From contig DASPKX010000113.1 in assembly GCA_035627835.1 (NCBI GenBank), positions 41,358 through 105,357 on the forward strand: a DNA stretch of 64,000 nucleotides. Direction: 5' to 3'. The stretch is from Candidatus Methylomirabilota bacterium (lineage in GTDB: Bacteria > Verrucomicrobiota > Verrucomicrobiia > Limisphaerales > SXQI01). The notes under the pieces are model-generated. The model worked only from the letters and a program-made list of their open reading frames with translations. It did no database searches and was not told the DNA's origin. Both the position numbers and the translations under genes were made by a program. This document shows, one piece after another, positions 37,038 to 44,652 of the stretch (the stretch's first letter is position 1; the number at the start of each line of letters is the position of its first letter).

Positions 37038-37442
37038 ATGACATCGCTCAAGCAACTGAAGCTGGCTCAACGCCTGGCCTTGCAGCAGCAAGAGGTGGTT
37101 AATGACCTCAACAACCTGATCCAGGACATCGATCGGGCGGAGCGGAGCATCAATAGCCTGAAGGTTGAATTGGAGGGGGTTAACCAAAAGTACCAGGGTC
37201 CGCGGGACACGCGACAGGATGTGGACTACCTGACCGCTTTGCTGGCCTGCGCGAAGAAGAAGCTGGTGTGGGAGCGGCACATGGCCAGCTTGCAGAAGCG
37301 CACACCGGAGATTCTTTCGAGGCTCACATCACTCATCAACGACCCACAAGCTCCGGCTGACGAGAGCATGCGCGCGACGTTGCTGCAGGCGTTGCAAGGG
37401 GTGCAGGCGGCCATGGAGCGGCTGCAATCAGCTAAAAGTTAG
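37038..37442 (+). CDS. hypothetical coiled-coil protein
   Basis: 134-aa ORF with heptad-like Leu/Gln content. No recognisable motif. Confidence 0.45.
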   Translation: MTSLKQLKLAQRLALQQQEVVNDLNNLIQDIDRAERSINSLKVELEGVNQKYQGPRDTRQDVDYLTALLACAKKKLVWERHMASLQKRTPEILSRLTSLINDPQAPADESMRATLLQALQGVQAAMERLQSAKS

Positions 37443-37449
37443 CCAGGCA

Positions 37450-37480
37450 GGGCGCCCGGTCGGGGGACCGGGCCTACCAT
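37450..37480 (+). repeat. REP-like hairpin element copy 2 (GGGCGCCCGGTCGGGGGACCGGGCCTACCAT)
   Basis: Same flanks and stem as copy 1, with a variable loop. Lies between convergent genes. Confidence 0.7.
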
Positions 37481-37503
37481 CGTGAGCGCAGCGTCGGGGC
37501 TGG

Positions 37504-38178
37504 TCAGCGAGCATGTTGGTCATCTCTGAGCAGGGCTTGCGCGGGCTCGTGCTCGGGGGGGTGGGGGAAGTCTTTCCGGCCTGCGGCAATTTGGAGGATT
37601 GTCTTCACGGTGCGCGCGATGATTTGCAGATCGTAAGCGAGGCTTTGGTTCTGCACGTAGTAAACGTCCATGGCCACTTTGATCGGCATGAGCTTCTCGA
37701 TGTAGAGCCGTTCTGGATCATCGCCGGCCAGGCACGCGTCGCCATGCGTGTAGTTGAAAATGCTGCCTGGACTGGCTAGTCCCGGCGCCGCCTCTAGCGA
37801 TTTGCGGAGCAACGGCGTGTAATGGTGCTCCACGATCTTCGGGTCCTCGGGGCGTGGTCCAACGATGGACATCTCTCCCTTGAGCACGTTGATGAGCTGG
37901 GGAAGTTCATCAATCTTCGTCACGCGGACGAATTTTCCGACGGGGAAGATGCGAGAGTCGTTGGCCCCTGTTATAACGCTGCCGGTGGAGGGGCGGACAC
38001 GCATGCTGCGGAATTTCAGCATTGTGAAAGTCTTGCCATTACGACCTGATCGCGCGGCTCGGTAAAAGATTGGCCCCGGGCTTGTGACTTTGATCAAGAG
38101 GCTGATCACCAGGAGCAAAGGCGCGAGAACGATCAATGCGCTGATGCTCGCGAGAATATCGAAGAGGCGCTTCATCAA
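37504..38178 (-). CDS. undecaprenyl-phosphate sugar phosphotransferase (small PglC/WbaP-C-type bacterial sugar transferase)
   Basis: 224 aa. N-terminal re-entrant helix, 'KFRSM', 'DELPQLINVLKGEMSIVGPRP'. Confidence 0.9.
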   Translation of the reverse strand: MMKRLFDILASISALIVLAPLLLVISLLIKVTSPGPIFYRAARSGRNGKTFTMLKFRSMRVRPSTGSVITGANDSRIFPVGKFVRVTKIDELPQLINVLKGEMSIVGPRPEDPKIVEHHYTPLLRKSLEAAPGLASPGSIFNYTHGDACLAGDDPERLYIEKLMPIKVAMDVYYVQNQSLAYDLQIIARTVKTILQIAAGRKDFPHPPEHEPAQALLRDDQHAR

Positions 38179-38846
38179 GGAAGAAAACGGCGAACTGTCA
38201 TGAAGACTTCAGCGGCTTCAAGGCAGCATTGGTTCCCCCATGCGTGCGCGCGGTGTTTAATTGCTTCCAGCGAACGCGGGTGCGGGTATGGCCGAAGCTC
38301 CGGAGCGTAGCACTCCATGGCGCGAAGCTTCACATCGAGCACGGAGCTGATGTCGAGCCAAGTGTCTGGAATAAACGTGCGCGGGTAACCCCATTCGGTG
38401 CTGCTGATTGTTTCGAACGCAAAGACCTGGCGAATGAAACGCTGCACGGGGCGAGTCGCCACCAATGACGCTGTCGCGAGCGCGTAATGGTCGCGATTCA
38501 CATCGCCGGCGTGATGAATGTAAACCGTGTCCGGCTTCCAATCCTGGACCACCTCTTCGATCTTTTGCGTCAGTTCCACCATGGGAATGACATCCAAGCG
38601 TTGGTCGGGCAAGCCGAGGATTCGGAGATCATCGACACCCATCACTTTGGCTGCGGCATCCGCAAGCGAGGCCTGGCTTTTGCCGTAACCGCTCTCTGCT
38701 TCGGAGCGGCCGGCGGCAATCAGGACGCAAACGCTGTCGCCGCGATTTTTGTGCAGGCGGAGAGCGCCACCGCAGCCGAGAACTTCGTCATCAGGGTGGG
38801 CGGCAATCACTAGCACACGGCTCGGTTTCAAGGTTGAGGTTTCCAT
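38175..38846 (-). CDS. PIG-L/LmbE-family N-acetyl-sugar deacetylase
   Basis: 223 aa. 'VIAAHPDDEVLGCGG' and 'HHAGDVNRDH' metal-binding motifs. Confidence 0.88.
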   Translation of the reverse strand: METSTLKPSRVLVIAAHPDDEVLGCGGALRLHKNRGDSVCVLIAAGRSEAESGYGKSQASLADAAAKVMGVDDLRILGLPDQRLDVIPMVELTQKIEEVVQDWKPDTVYIHHAGDVNRDHYALATASLVATRPVQRFIRQVFAFETISSTEWGYPRTFIPDTWLDISSVLDVKLRAMECYAPELRPYPHPRSLEAIKHRAHAWGNQCCLEAAEVFMTVRRFLP

Positions 38847-39796
38847 TGGGTGCCTTTCCAGTTGGCTTCACTCAAATTTTTCCCCCGCAGAATCTGGCCG
38901 CCCTCTTCCTCGACTTCGAGGAGAATGATGGGGCCATCGCCGCACTGCACGACTTGCCCGCACGCGGCCTCGGTTGGGCTGTAGCAAGGGCCTAGAACGG
39001 CGCCTGGCGCGGCAGCGGTCGAGTGCAGGCCCGGCAGCGCAGCGTTCCAGACGAAGTGCTTGCGGCCGTTCAACCAGCTGAACCCGCCTGGGTATGGACG
39101 CGTGAGCGCGCGGATGAAATCGTAAACACGGCGGGCGGGTTGGGACCAATCGATCAAACCATCCTCAGGGCGTCTGCGCGCGAGAAGGGGATCATTTCCG
39201 TGCGCTTGTGGAACTCCGGGCCGTTCGCCCGCGGCAATGCGCTGCACCGCGCGAAGGATCATTGCGGCGTTGGTCTGAGCGACCTTCTGGTAAAGCGTCT
39301 CGCAAGTGTCGTAAGGCTCAATGGCGAAGGGCATCTGGTCGATGATATCCCCAGCATCCACGCTGGCATCCAGCCACATCAGCGAATTCCCGGTGCTGGT
39401 CTCGCCATTAATGATGGCCCAATTAATCGGCGCGCTGCCGCGATTCTTTGGAAGATACGAGGCGTGCGCCCCAATTACGCCCAGCCGCGCGAGTGAAAGA
39501 GTTTCGGGCTTGAGAATTTGCGACCAGCCTATCACGAAGAGCACATCGAGCTGAGCGGAGCGAAGGATTTCCTGCGCGTCGGGGTCATTGACGTTGCCGA
39601 TCTCGCGGATGTCGAGTTGGTCGCTGGCGAAGATCTCCTTGTAAAAGATGCGGCCGCTGCGCTTTTCCAAGGCGGTGGGTTTAAGCGTCAGGACGACGAC
39701 AGGCTTGTGCCCGGCGTCGATAAGAGCGCGCAGGGCAGGGATGCCCTCCATGTGAAAGCCGACCCACCCGATGCGGAGTTGTTGATTTTGGCTCAT
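38828..39796 (-). CDS. formyltransferase (Fmt/ArnA-N-like, probable sugar N-formyltransferase)
   Basis: 322 aa. 'HASYLPKNRGSAPINWAIINGE' (SLLP-type motif with catalytic His/Asn context) and a C-terminal Fmt-like domain. Overlaps the deacetylase gene. Confidence 0.8.
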   Translation of the reverse strand: MSQNQQLRIGWVGFHMEGIPALRALIDAGHKPVVVLTLKPTALEKRSGRIFYKEIFASDQLDIREIGNVNDPDAQEILRSAQLDVLFVIGWSQILKPETLSLARLGVIGAHASYLPKNRGSAPINWAIINGETSTGNSLMWLDASVDAGDIIDQMPFAIEPYDTCETLYQKVAQTNAAMILRAVQRIAAGERPGVPQAHGNDPLLARRRPEDGLIDWSQPARRVYDFIRALTRPYPGGFSWLNGRKHFVWNAALPGLHSTAAAPGAVLGPCYSPTEAACGQVVQCGDGPIILLEVEEEGGQILRGKNLSEANWKGTQWKPQP

Positions 39797-39853
39797 CGCT
39801 CCAGCGGAGTTTGTTGGGCGCAGGTGATGCAGACAATTCTTTTCACGCTGGGG

Positions 39854-40285
39854 TCAGCGAGCCACATCGTCGGGCAACTCATTTTGATCATCGGGTCTGC
39901 GGGGGAAGTTGCGGGCGAGTGTTTCGCCAACCATGCGAACGGCGTGCACGATGGCTTCGGTGTAATTGCCCGCATGAAGCAACGGCCGCATTTGCGAGGT
40001 CACTTCCAACCAGAATTCCTGGCCGCACAAGTGGTCCACCCCTGCGTCGCCCACAATAGCGTAGGTCTGTGATTGGGGAGCGAAGAAGAGGAGGACGGCA
40101 TTGCGCTGCGAGGTTTTCTCCATCCCAAGCTTCATGAACTGCGTCTTGGCTTCAGCGACTGGGTCTGGGGCGGCATTTTCGGAGACAAACACGCGGATCT
40201 CACCTGACGTGGTTCGCTCCGCCGCCGCGATGGCAGCGCTGACCTGGTTGTCGTCTATGCGCGCGATAAATTCCTGAGTTTTCAC
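39854..40285 (-). CDS. TPM-domain protein (cytoplasmic-type, TLP18.3/DUF477 family)
   Basis: Start set at the GTG at 40285, preceded by AGGAGG plus a 6-nt spacer and forming a GTGA overlap with the upstream stop. 'TSGEIRVFV' and 'NAVLLFFAPQ' are typical TPM motifs. Confidence 0.75.
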   Translation of the reverse strand: MKTQEFIARIDDNQVSAAIAAAERTTSGEIRVFVSENAAPDPVAEAKTQFMKLGMEKTSQRNAVLLFFAPQSQTYAIVGDAGVDHLCGQEFWLEVTSQMRPLLHAGNYTEAIVHAVRMVGETLARNFPRRPDDQNELPDDVAR

Positions 40286-41109
40286 CAACTGCCTCCTGCG
40301 CCACCGCCACCGAAGCTTCCGCCACCGCTGGAAAAGGAGCCGCCACCGCCACCTCCGGACCACCCACCGCCTCCGCCGCCACCGGACCATCCACCCCCGC
40401 CGCCGCCCCACCAAATGGTTGGGCCCGAGCGATAAATGCGGCGTCCCCCGCGAGTGTACACTGTGCCGCAAGAAGCTTTCTTCAGCCGACCGATGAAGAT
40501 CATGAGGATGAAAACGAAGAAGATGAGCGGGAGGAAGCCGACCAAGCCCGAGTTGGAACTGCGCCGACTTTCAGCAACCGTTCGGCCGGTGCCGCGATAC
40601 TCGCCTTGCGCGGCTTGCATCAGGGCCTGCACTCCGGCGCGCATCCCTGCGTCGAAGTTGCCCGCGCGGAAGTTCGGCTTGATGCGGCTCTCGATGATGT
40701 CCTTGGCTGTCGCATCGGGAATAGCGCCTTCCAAGCCGTAACCAACTTGAATGTAGATTTGGCGGCTTTGAACGAAGACAAAGAGGACGGCGCCATTGTC
40801 CTTGCCTGCAAGGCCGACTTTCCAGCTTTGCGCGATACGGACGGTGTAATCCTCAATGCTGGAGTTGCTCTCCATGCGGGGGTAGATGACCGCCAGGATT
40901 TGGCTGGAGGTGCGGCGCTCGAAGTCGGCGAGTTGTGTGTTCAGCTCGCGAGCGGTGGCTTGTGAGACCACGTTCGCAAAGTCATTGAAATGATTCTTTG
41001 GCCGCTCGGGCAGCCGCTCTGCCCCGAATGCAAAGGCGCAGAGCAGAAGCTGCAGCGCGAATACCAGCAGCCTTGCCGGCGCGTGAGAGAATAAAACCGC
41101 GCCTCTCAC
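40282..41109 (-). CDS. TPM-domain protein (YgcG-like) with TM helix and Gly-rich tail
   Basis: 275 aa. Signal peptide, 'NDFANVVS...LADFERRTSSQILAVIY', TM, and a C-terminal (G)nWS/(G)nSF low-complexity tail. Confidence 0.85.
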   Translation of the reverse strand: MRGAVLFSHAPARLLVFALQLLLCAFAFGAERLPERPKNHFNDFANVVSQATARELNTQLADFERRTSSQILAVIYPRMESNSSIEDYTVRIAQSWKVGLAGKDNGAVLFVFVQSRQIYIQVGYGLEGAIPDATAKDIIESRIKPNFRAGNFDAGMRAGVQALMQAAQGEYRGTGRTVAESRRSSNSGLVGFLPLIFFVFILMIFIGRLKKASCGTVYTRGGRRIYRSGPTIWWGGGGGGWSGGGGGGGWSGGGGGGSFSSGGGSFGGGGAGGSW

Positions 41110-41113
41110 GGAA

Positions 41114-41737
41114 CTAGCGGTTGGTCGGCGCGTTGAAGTCGAACTTCACTTCAGGAGCTTTTTGCGCGCCCGCGTCAGCCGTGAAGAATGGGCGGGGCTC
41201 AAAGCGGAAGAGGGAAGCGACAATAACCCCAGGGAAAGACTTCACCGCAGCATTGTAATCGCGAACGACGTCATTGAAGCGGCCGCGCTCTACGGCGATC
41301 CGGTTTTCGGCGCCTTCGATTTGGGCCTGCAGGTTTTGAAAATTGGAGTTGGCGCGAAGCTCGGGATAACGCTCAACAACGACGAGCAATCGAGAGAGAG
41401 CAGAGGAGAGTGAATCCTGGGCTTGCTGGAACTGCTGCAATTGCTGGGCGGAGGCGGGAGCCTGGTTCGCGTTGATTTCCACTTTGCCGACCGATGCGCG
41501 GGCTTCGACCACTTCTTTAAGCGTGCTTTTCTCGAAGTTCGCCGCGCCCTGGACGGTGTTCACGAGATTGGGGATCAGGTCGAGTCGGCGCTGATAAACA
41601 TTTTGGACCTGAGCCCATTGGCCATCGACGCCGGTGGAGAGCTTTACGAAACGATTGTAGCTGCCAATCCCGATGATCACCAAGATCACGAGGCCCACGA
41701 CCAGCGCGGCGCCGCACCCAAGCAAACCCTTCTTCAT
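41114..41737 (-). CDS. lemA: LemA family protein
   Basis: Start set at the ATG at 41737 (MKKGLLGCGAALVVGLVILVII TM). 'YNRFV...VDGQWAQVQNVYQRRLDLIPNLV' is the LemA signature. Confidence 0.9.
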   Translation of the reverse strand: MKKGLLGCGAALVVGLVILVIIGIGSYNRFVKLSTGVDGQWAQVQNVYQRRLDLIPNLVNTVQGAANFEKSTLKEVVEARASVGKVEINANQAPASAQQLQQFQQAQDSLSSALSRLLVVVERYPELRANSNFQNLQAQIEGAENRIAVERGRFNDVVRDYNAAVKSFPGVIVASLFRFEPRPFFTADAGAQKAPEVKFDFNAPTNR

Positions 41738-42016
41738 ACTGGGCGCAACATATCCAGTCAGCGGGCAGATAACAACCACACAGGGAAAGGATGGGAGGGG
41801 AAGTGTGGCGGCTGCACGGTCGGTAAGTTGTTCCCTGAGCGGAGGAAGCACACGCCCCCTGAGTGGCGCGAAGAGCGGCGGTAAATACCTTGGTTAGGCA
41901 TGTTAACGGGCCAGAGGATTAACGCGCAGTCGCCGAGGGAAGCCGCCGGGCTCTCTATCAATCGCGCTGCTTGCCAACTCCCGCCAGGCGGGGGTGGCGC
42001 TTTACCGACCTGGCTT

Positions 42017-42051
42017 GCCGAGCCGCTCTGTGGCGGGACTCGGCTTTTTTT
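42017..42051 (+). terminator. orphan intrinsic-terminator-like hairpin in a divergent intergenic region (candidate sRNA end or riboregulator of the GT-glf operon)
   Basis: GCCGAG(CCGC)...(GCGG)GACTCGGC stem followed by T7, about 95 nt upstream of the GT start at 42145. Confidence 0.55.
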
Positions 42052-42144
42052 ATGCCCCGTTGAGGAGCGGTCCGCATCGGCGGGGCCCCAAGGCATCCGA
42101 TGACGCTCAGAGCCAAGAAGAACATTTCATTTACGAACAAGACT

Positions 42145-43332
42145 ATGGATACGACTCAGTTCAGCTACCCGATTATTGTGCACTGCCATCTTCGGTGGGA
42201 TGGCGTTTGGCAGCGGCCTCAGCAATTTCTCTCGCGTCTCTCCCAACGGCATCGCGTGCTGTTTTGCGAAGGGCCGATCCTGGTTGATAACAATGAGGCG
42301 CCCCGCTACGAGCTGCGGCAGGTCCCTGAGTATCCCAATGTGACCGTGATGCAGAGCTTCTTCCCGGCATCACGCTTTTCGGACGGCGCCTGGGTGGACA
42401 GCGAGCGGTTGAGGTTGCTGAAGGAAGCAGCGAACGGCCCGCTGAAAGGGAAATTCGAGCAGCCGGTGCAATGGTTCTATGACCCCATGGCTGTCGTGGC
42501 TTACGCCCGAAAGATGGACGAGATCGCAGTGGTGTATGACTGCATGGACGAGTTGTCCAAATTCAAGTTCGCCCCGCCCGAGATTGTCGAGCGCGAGCGC
42601 ATCCTGCTCAAGCATGCGGACGTGGTGTTCGCGGGCGGGCGCAAGATGTGCGAATCCAAAACGCCGCACAACAAGAACTGCCACTTTTACGGCTGCGGCG
42701 TGGATGTGAAGCATTTCGGGACTGCGCGTCTGGACAGCACGGAAGTTCCGGCCGACACCCGCGACATCAAGAAACCAGTGCTTGGCTATTTCGGAGTGGT
42801 TGATGAGCGCCTGGATTATGATTTGCTCGCCAAGCTGGCTGATGCGGCTGATTGGAAGATCGTGATGATCGGGCCAGTGGTGAAAGTGGATCCCGCCACG
42901 CTGCCGCAGCACCCAAACATCAAATGGCTTGGCCGCCGTGAGTACGACCAACTGCCCGCCTACACCAAAGGTTGGGACGTTTGCCTGATGCCGTTCGCGC
43001 TGAACGAGCACACCGAATACATCAACCCGACGAAGGCTTGCGAATACATGGCCACAGCGCGCCCGATTGTTTCAACCGCTGTGCCTGATGTCGTTTCGAA
43101 TTTCAGCTCCGTGGTCAAAGTGGCCCGTAGCTCCGACGAATTTATCGAGATGTGCCGGAAGGAAGCGCAAGCGCCCGACCGGGAGGCGATCCAGCGCGGC
43201 ATCGCGATGGCCAATGACAATCAGTGGGAGTCAATTGTCATGAAGCTCGAAAACCACATCGCCGAAGCGCTGGATCGACGCGCCAAAAGCAACAACCCCG
43301 CGCTGGCAGCTCGCGGTTTAAACGCTCTTTGA
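42145..43332 (+). CDS. glycosyltransferase (GT1/GT4-like), probably galactofuranose-related
   Basis: Start set at the ATG at 42145 (MDTTQFSYPIIVHCHLRWDGVWQRPQ). C-terminal 'INPTKACEYMATARPIVST' is a GT-B nucleotide-sugar motif. Adjacent to glf. Confidence 0.75.
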   Translation: MDTTQFSYPIIVHCHLRWDGVWQRPQQFLSRLSQRHRVLFCEGPILVDNNEAPRYELRQVPEYPNVTVMQSFFPASRFSDGAWVDSERLRLLKEAANGPLKGKFEQPVQWFYDPMAVVAYARKMDEIAVVYDCMDELSKFKFAPPEIVERERILLKHADVVFAGGRKMCESKTPHNKNCHFYGCGVDVKHFGTARLDSTEVPADTRDIKKPVLGYFGVVDERLDYDLLAKLADAADWKIVMIGPVVKVDPATLPQHPNIKWLGRREYDQLPAYTKGWDVCLMPFALNEHTEYINPTKACEYMATARPIVSTAVPDVVSNFSSVVKVARSSDEFIEMCRKEAQAPDREAIQRGIAMANDNQWESIVMKLENHIAEALDRRAKSNNPALAARGLNAL

Positions 43333-43362
43333 TCCCATTTCTGAGGCTGAGGAAGAAGAAGT

Positions 43363-44511
43363 ATGTTTGATTATTTAATCGTCGGAGCCGGGTTCGCGGG
43401 AAGCACGCTGGCGGAGCGGCTCGCTTCGCAAGGGAAGCAGGTGTTGATCATCGACAAGCGCCCGCATATCGCTGGCAACGCGTATGATCGTTATGACGCG
43501 GCGGGCATCCTGATCCATCAGTATGGGCCGCACATCTTTCACACGAACTCGAAGCAGGTGTTCGATTACCTGTCGAAGTTCACGAAGTGGCGCCAATACC
43601 AGCATCGTGTGCTGGCCTGTGTGGATGGGCAGCTCGTGCCGATCCCGATCAACCTCGACACAATCAACACGCTGTATGGGTTGAACCTGGATTCCTCGCA
43701 GCTCGACAAGTGGTTCGAATCGGTCGCGGAGAAGCGTGAGCAAATCAAGACCTCTGAAGATGTCGTTGTGAGCAAGGTTGGGCGCGAGCTTTACGAGAAG
43801 TTCTTCCGGAACTACACGCGCAAGCAGTGGGGCATGGATCCTTCCGAGCTGGACGCCGCTGTGACCGCGCGCATTCCGACGCGGACGAACCGCGACAGCC
43901 GGTATTTCACCGATTCGTACCAGGCGATGCCGCTGCATGGCTTCACGCGGATGTTCGAGAACATTCTCGATCATAAGAACATCAAGATCATGCTGAACAC
44001 GGATTACAAAGACATCATCGAGTACATCCCGTTCAAGAAGATGATCTTCACCGGGCCGGTTGATGAATACTTTGGCTACCGCTACGGCAAGCTCCCGTAT
44101 CGCTCGCTTAAGTTCGAGTTCGAGACGCACGACGTGAAGTGGTACCAGACGGCGCCCGTCATCAATTACCCGAACGATTACGCCTACACTCGCGTGACGG
44201 AGTTCAAGTACCTGAGCGGCCAGGAGCATAACCGGACGACGATTGTGTATGAGTACCCGCAAGCGGAAGGGGACCCATACTACCCGGTGCCGAAGTCCGA
44301 GAATGCGGAGCTGTACAAGAAGTACGCCACGTTAGCGGAGCAGACGCCGAATGTTTACTTTGCGGGCCGCCTCGCCACCTACAAGTACTACAATATGGAC
44401 CAGGTGGTCGCGCAGGCCCTCACGCTCTACGAGAAGATCATGGAAGACGAGGCGAGCAACACCAATGGCCACGCTCGCCGCGGTCTGACAGCTGATTTGT
44501 CAGCACGGTAG
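43363..44511 (+). CDS. glf: UDP-galactopyranose mutase
   Basis: 382 aa. 'DYLIVGAGFAGSTLAERLA' FAD-binding motif, 'GPHIFHT', 'YTRKQWG', 'GRLATYKYYNMDQ'. Confidence 0.95.
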   Translation: MFDYLIVGAGFAGSTLAERLASQGKQVLIIDKRPHIAGNAYDRYDAAGILIHQYGPHIFHTNSKQVFDYLSKFTKWRQYQHRVLACVDGQLVPIPINLDTINTLYGLNLDSSQLDKWFESVAEKREQIKTSEDVVVSKVGRELYEKFFRNYTRKQWGMDPSELDAAVTARIPTRTNRDSRYFTDSYQAMPLHGFTRMFENILDHKNIKIMLNTDYKDIIEYIPFKKMIFTGPVDEYFGYRYGKLPYRSLKFEFETHDVKWYQTAPVINYPNDYAYTRVTEFKYLSGQEHNRTTIVYEYPQAEGDPYYPVPKSENAELYKKYATLAEQTPNVYFAGRLATYKYYNMDQVVAQALTLYEKIMEDEASNTNGHARRGLTADLSAR

Positions 44512-44537
44512 TCAGCCATAGTTGAGTTCAAGGGTTA

Positions 44538-44567
44538 GCGGCGCCCGAGTGGGCGCCGCTTTTCTTT
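44538..44567 (+). terminator. intrinsic terminator after glf
   Basis: GCGGCGCCC-gagt-GGGCGCCGC followed by TTTTCTTT. Confidence 0.85.
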
Positions 44568-44652
44568 AGAATCCCCGCACCTAGGGTGGCGGTTCAGTGG
44601 AGGATTCGGACCAGAGTTGGATATTTGGGTCCCCTCTTGTTCCGTTGCCGTT

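Noticed and set aside
40282-40400. Apparent tandem repeat of CCACC/GCCGCC units.
   Set aside because: It is the coding sequence of the Gly-rich C-terminal tail of the YgcG-like TPM protein on the minus strand, not a non-coding repeat or CRISPR-like array.
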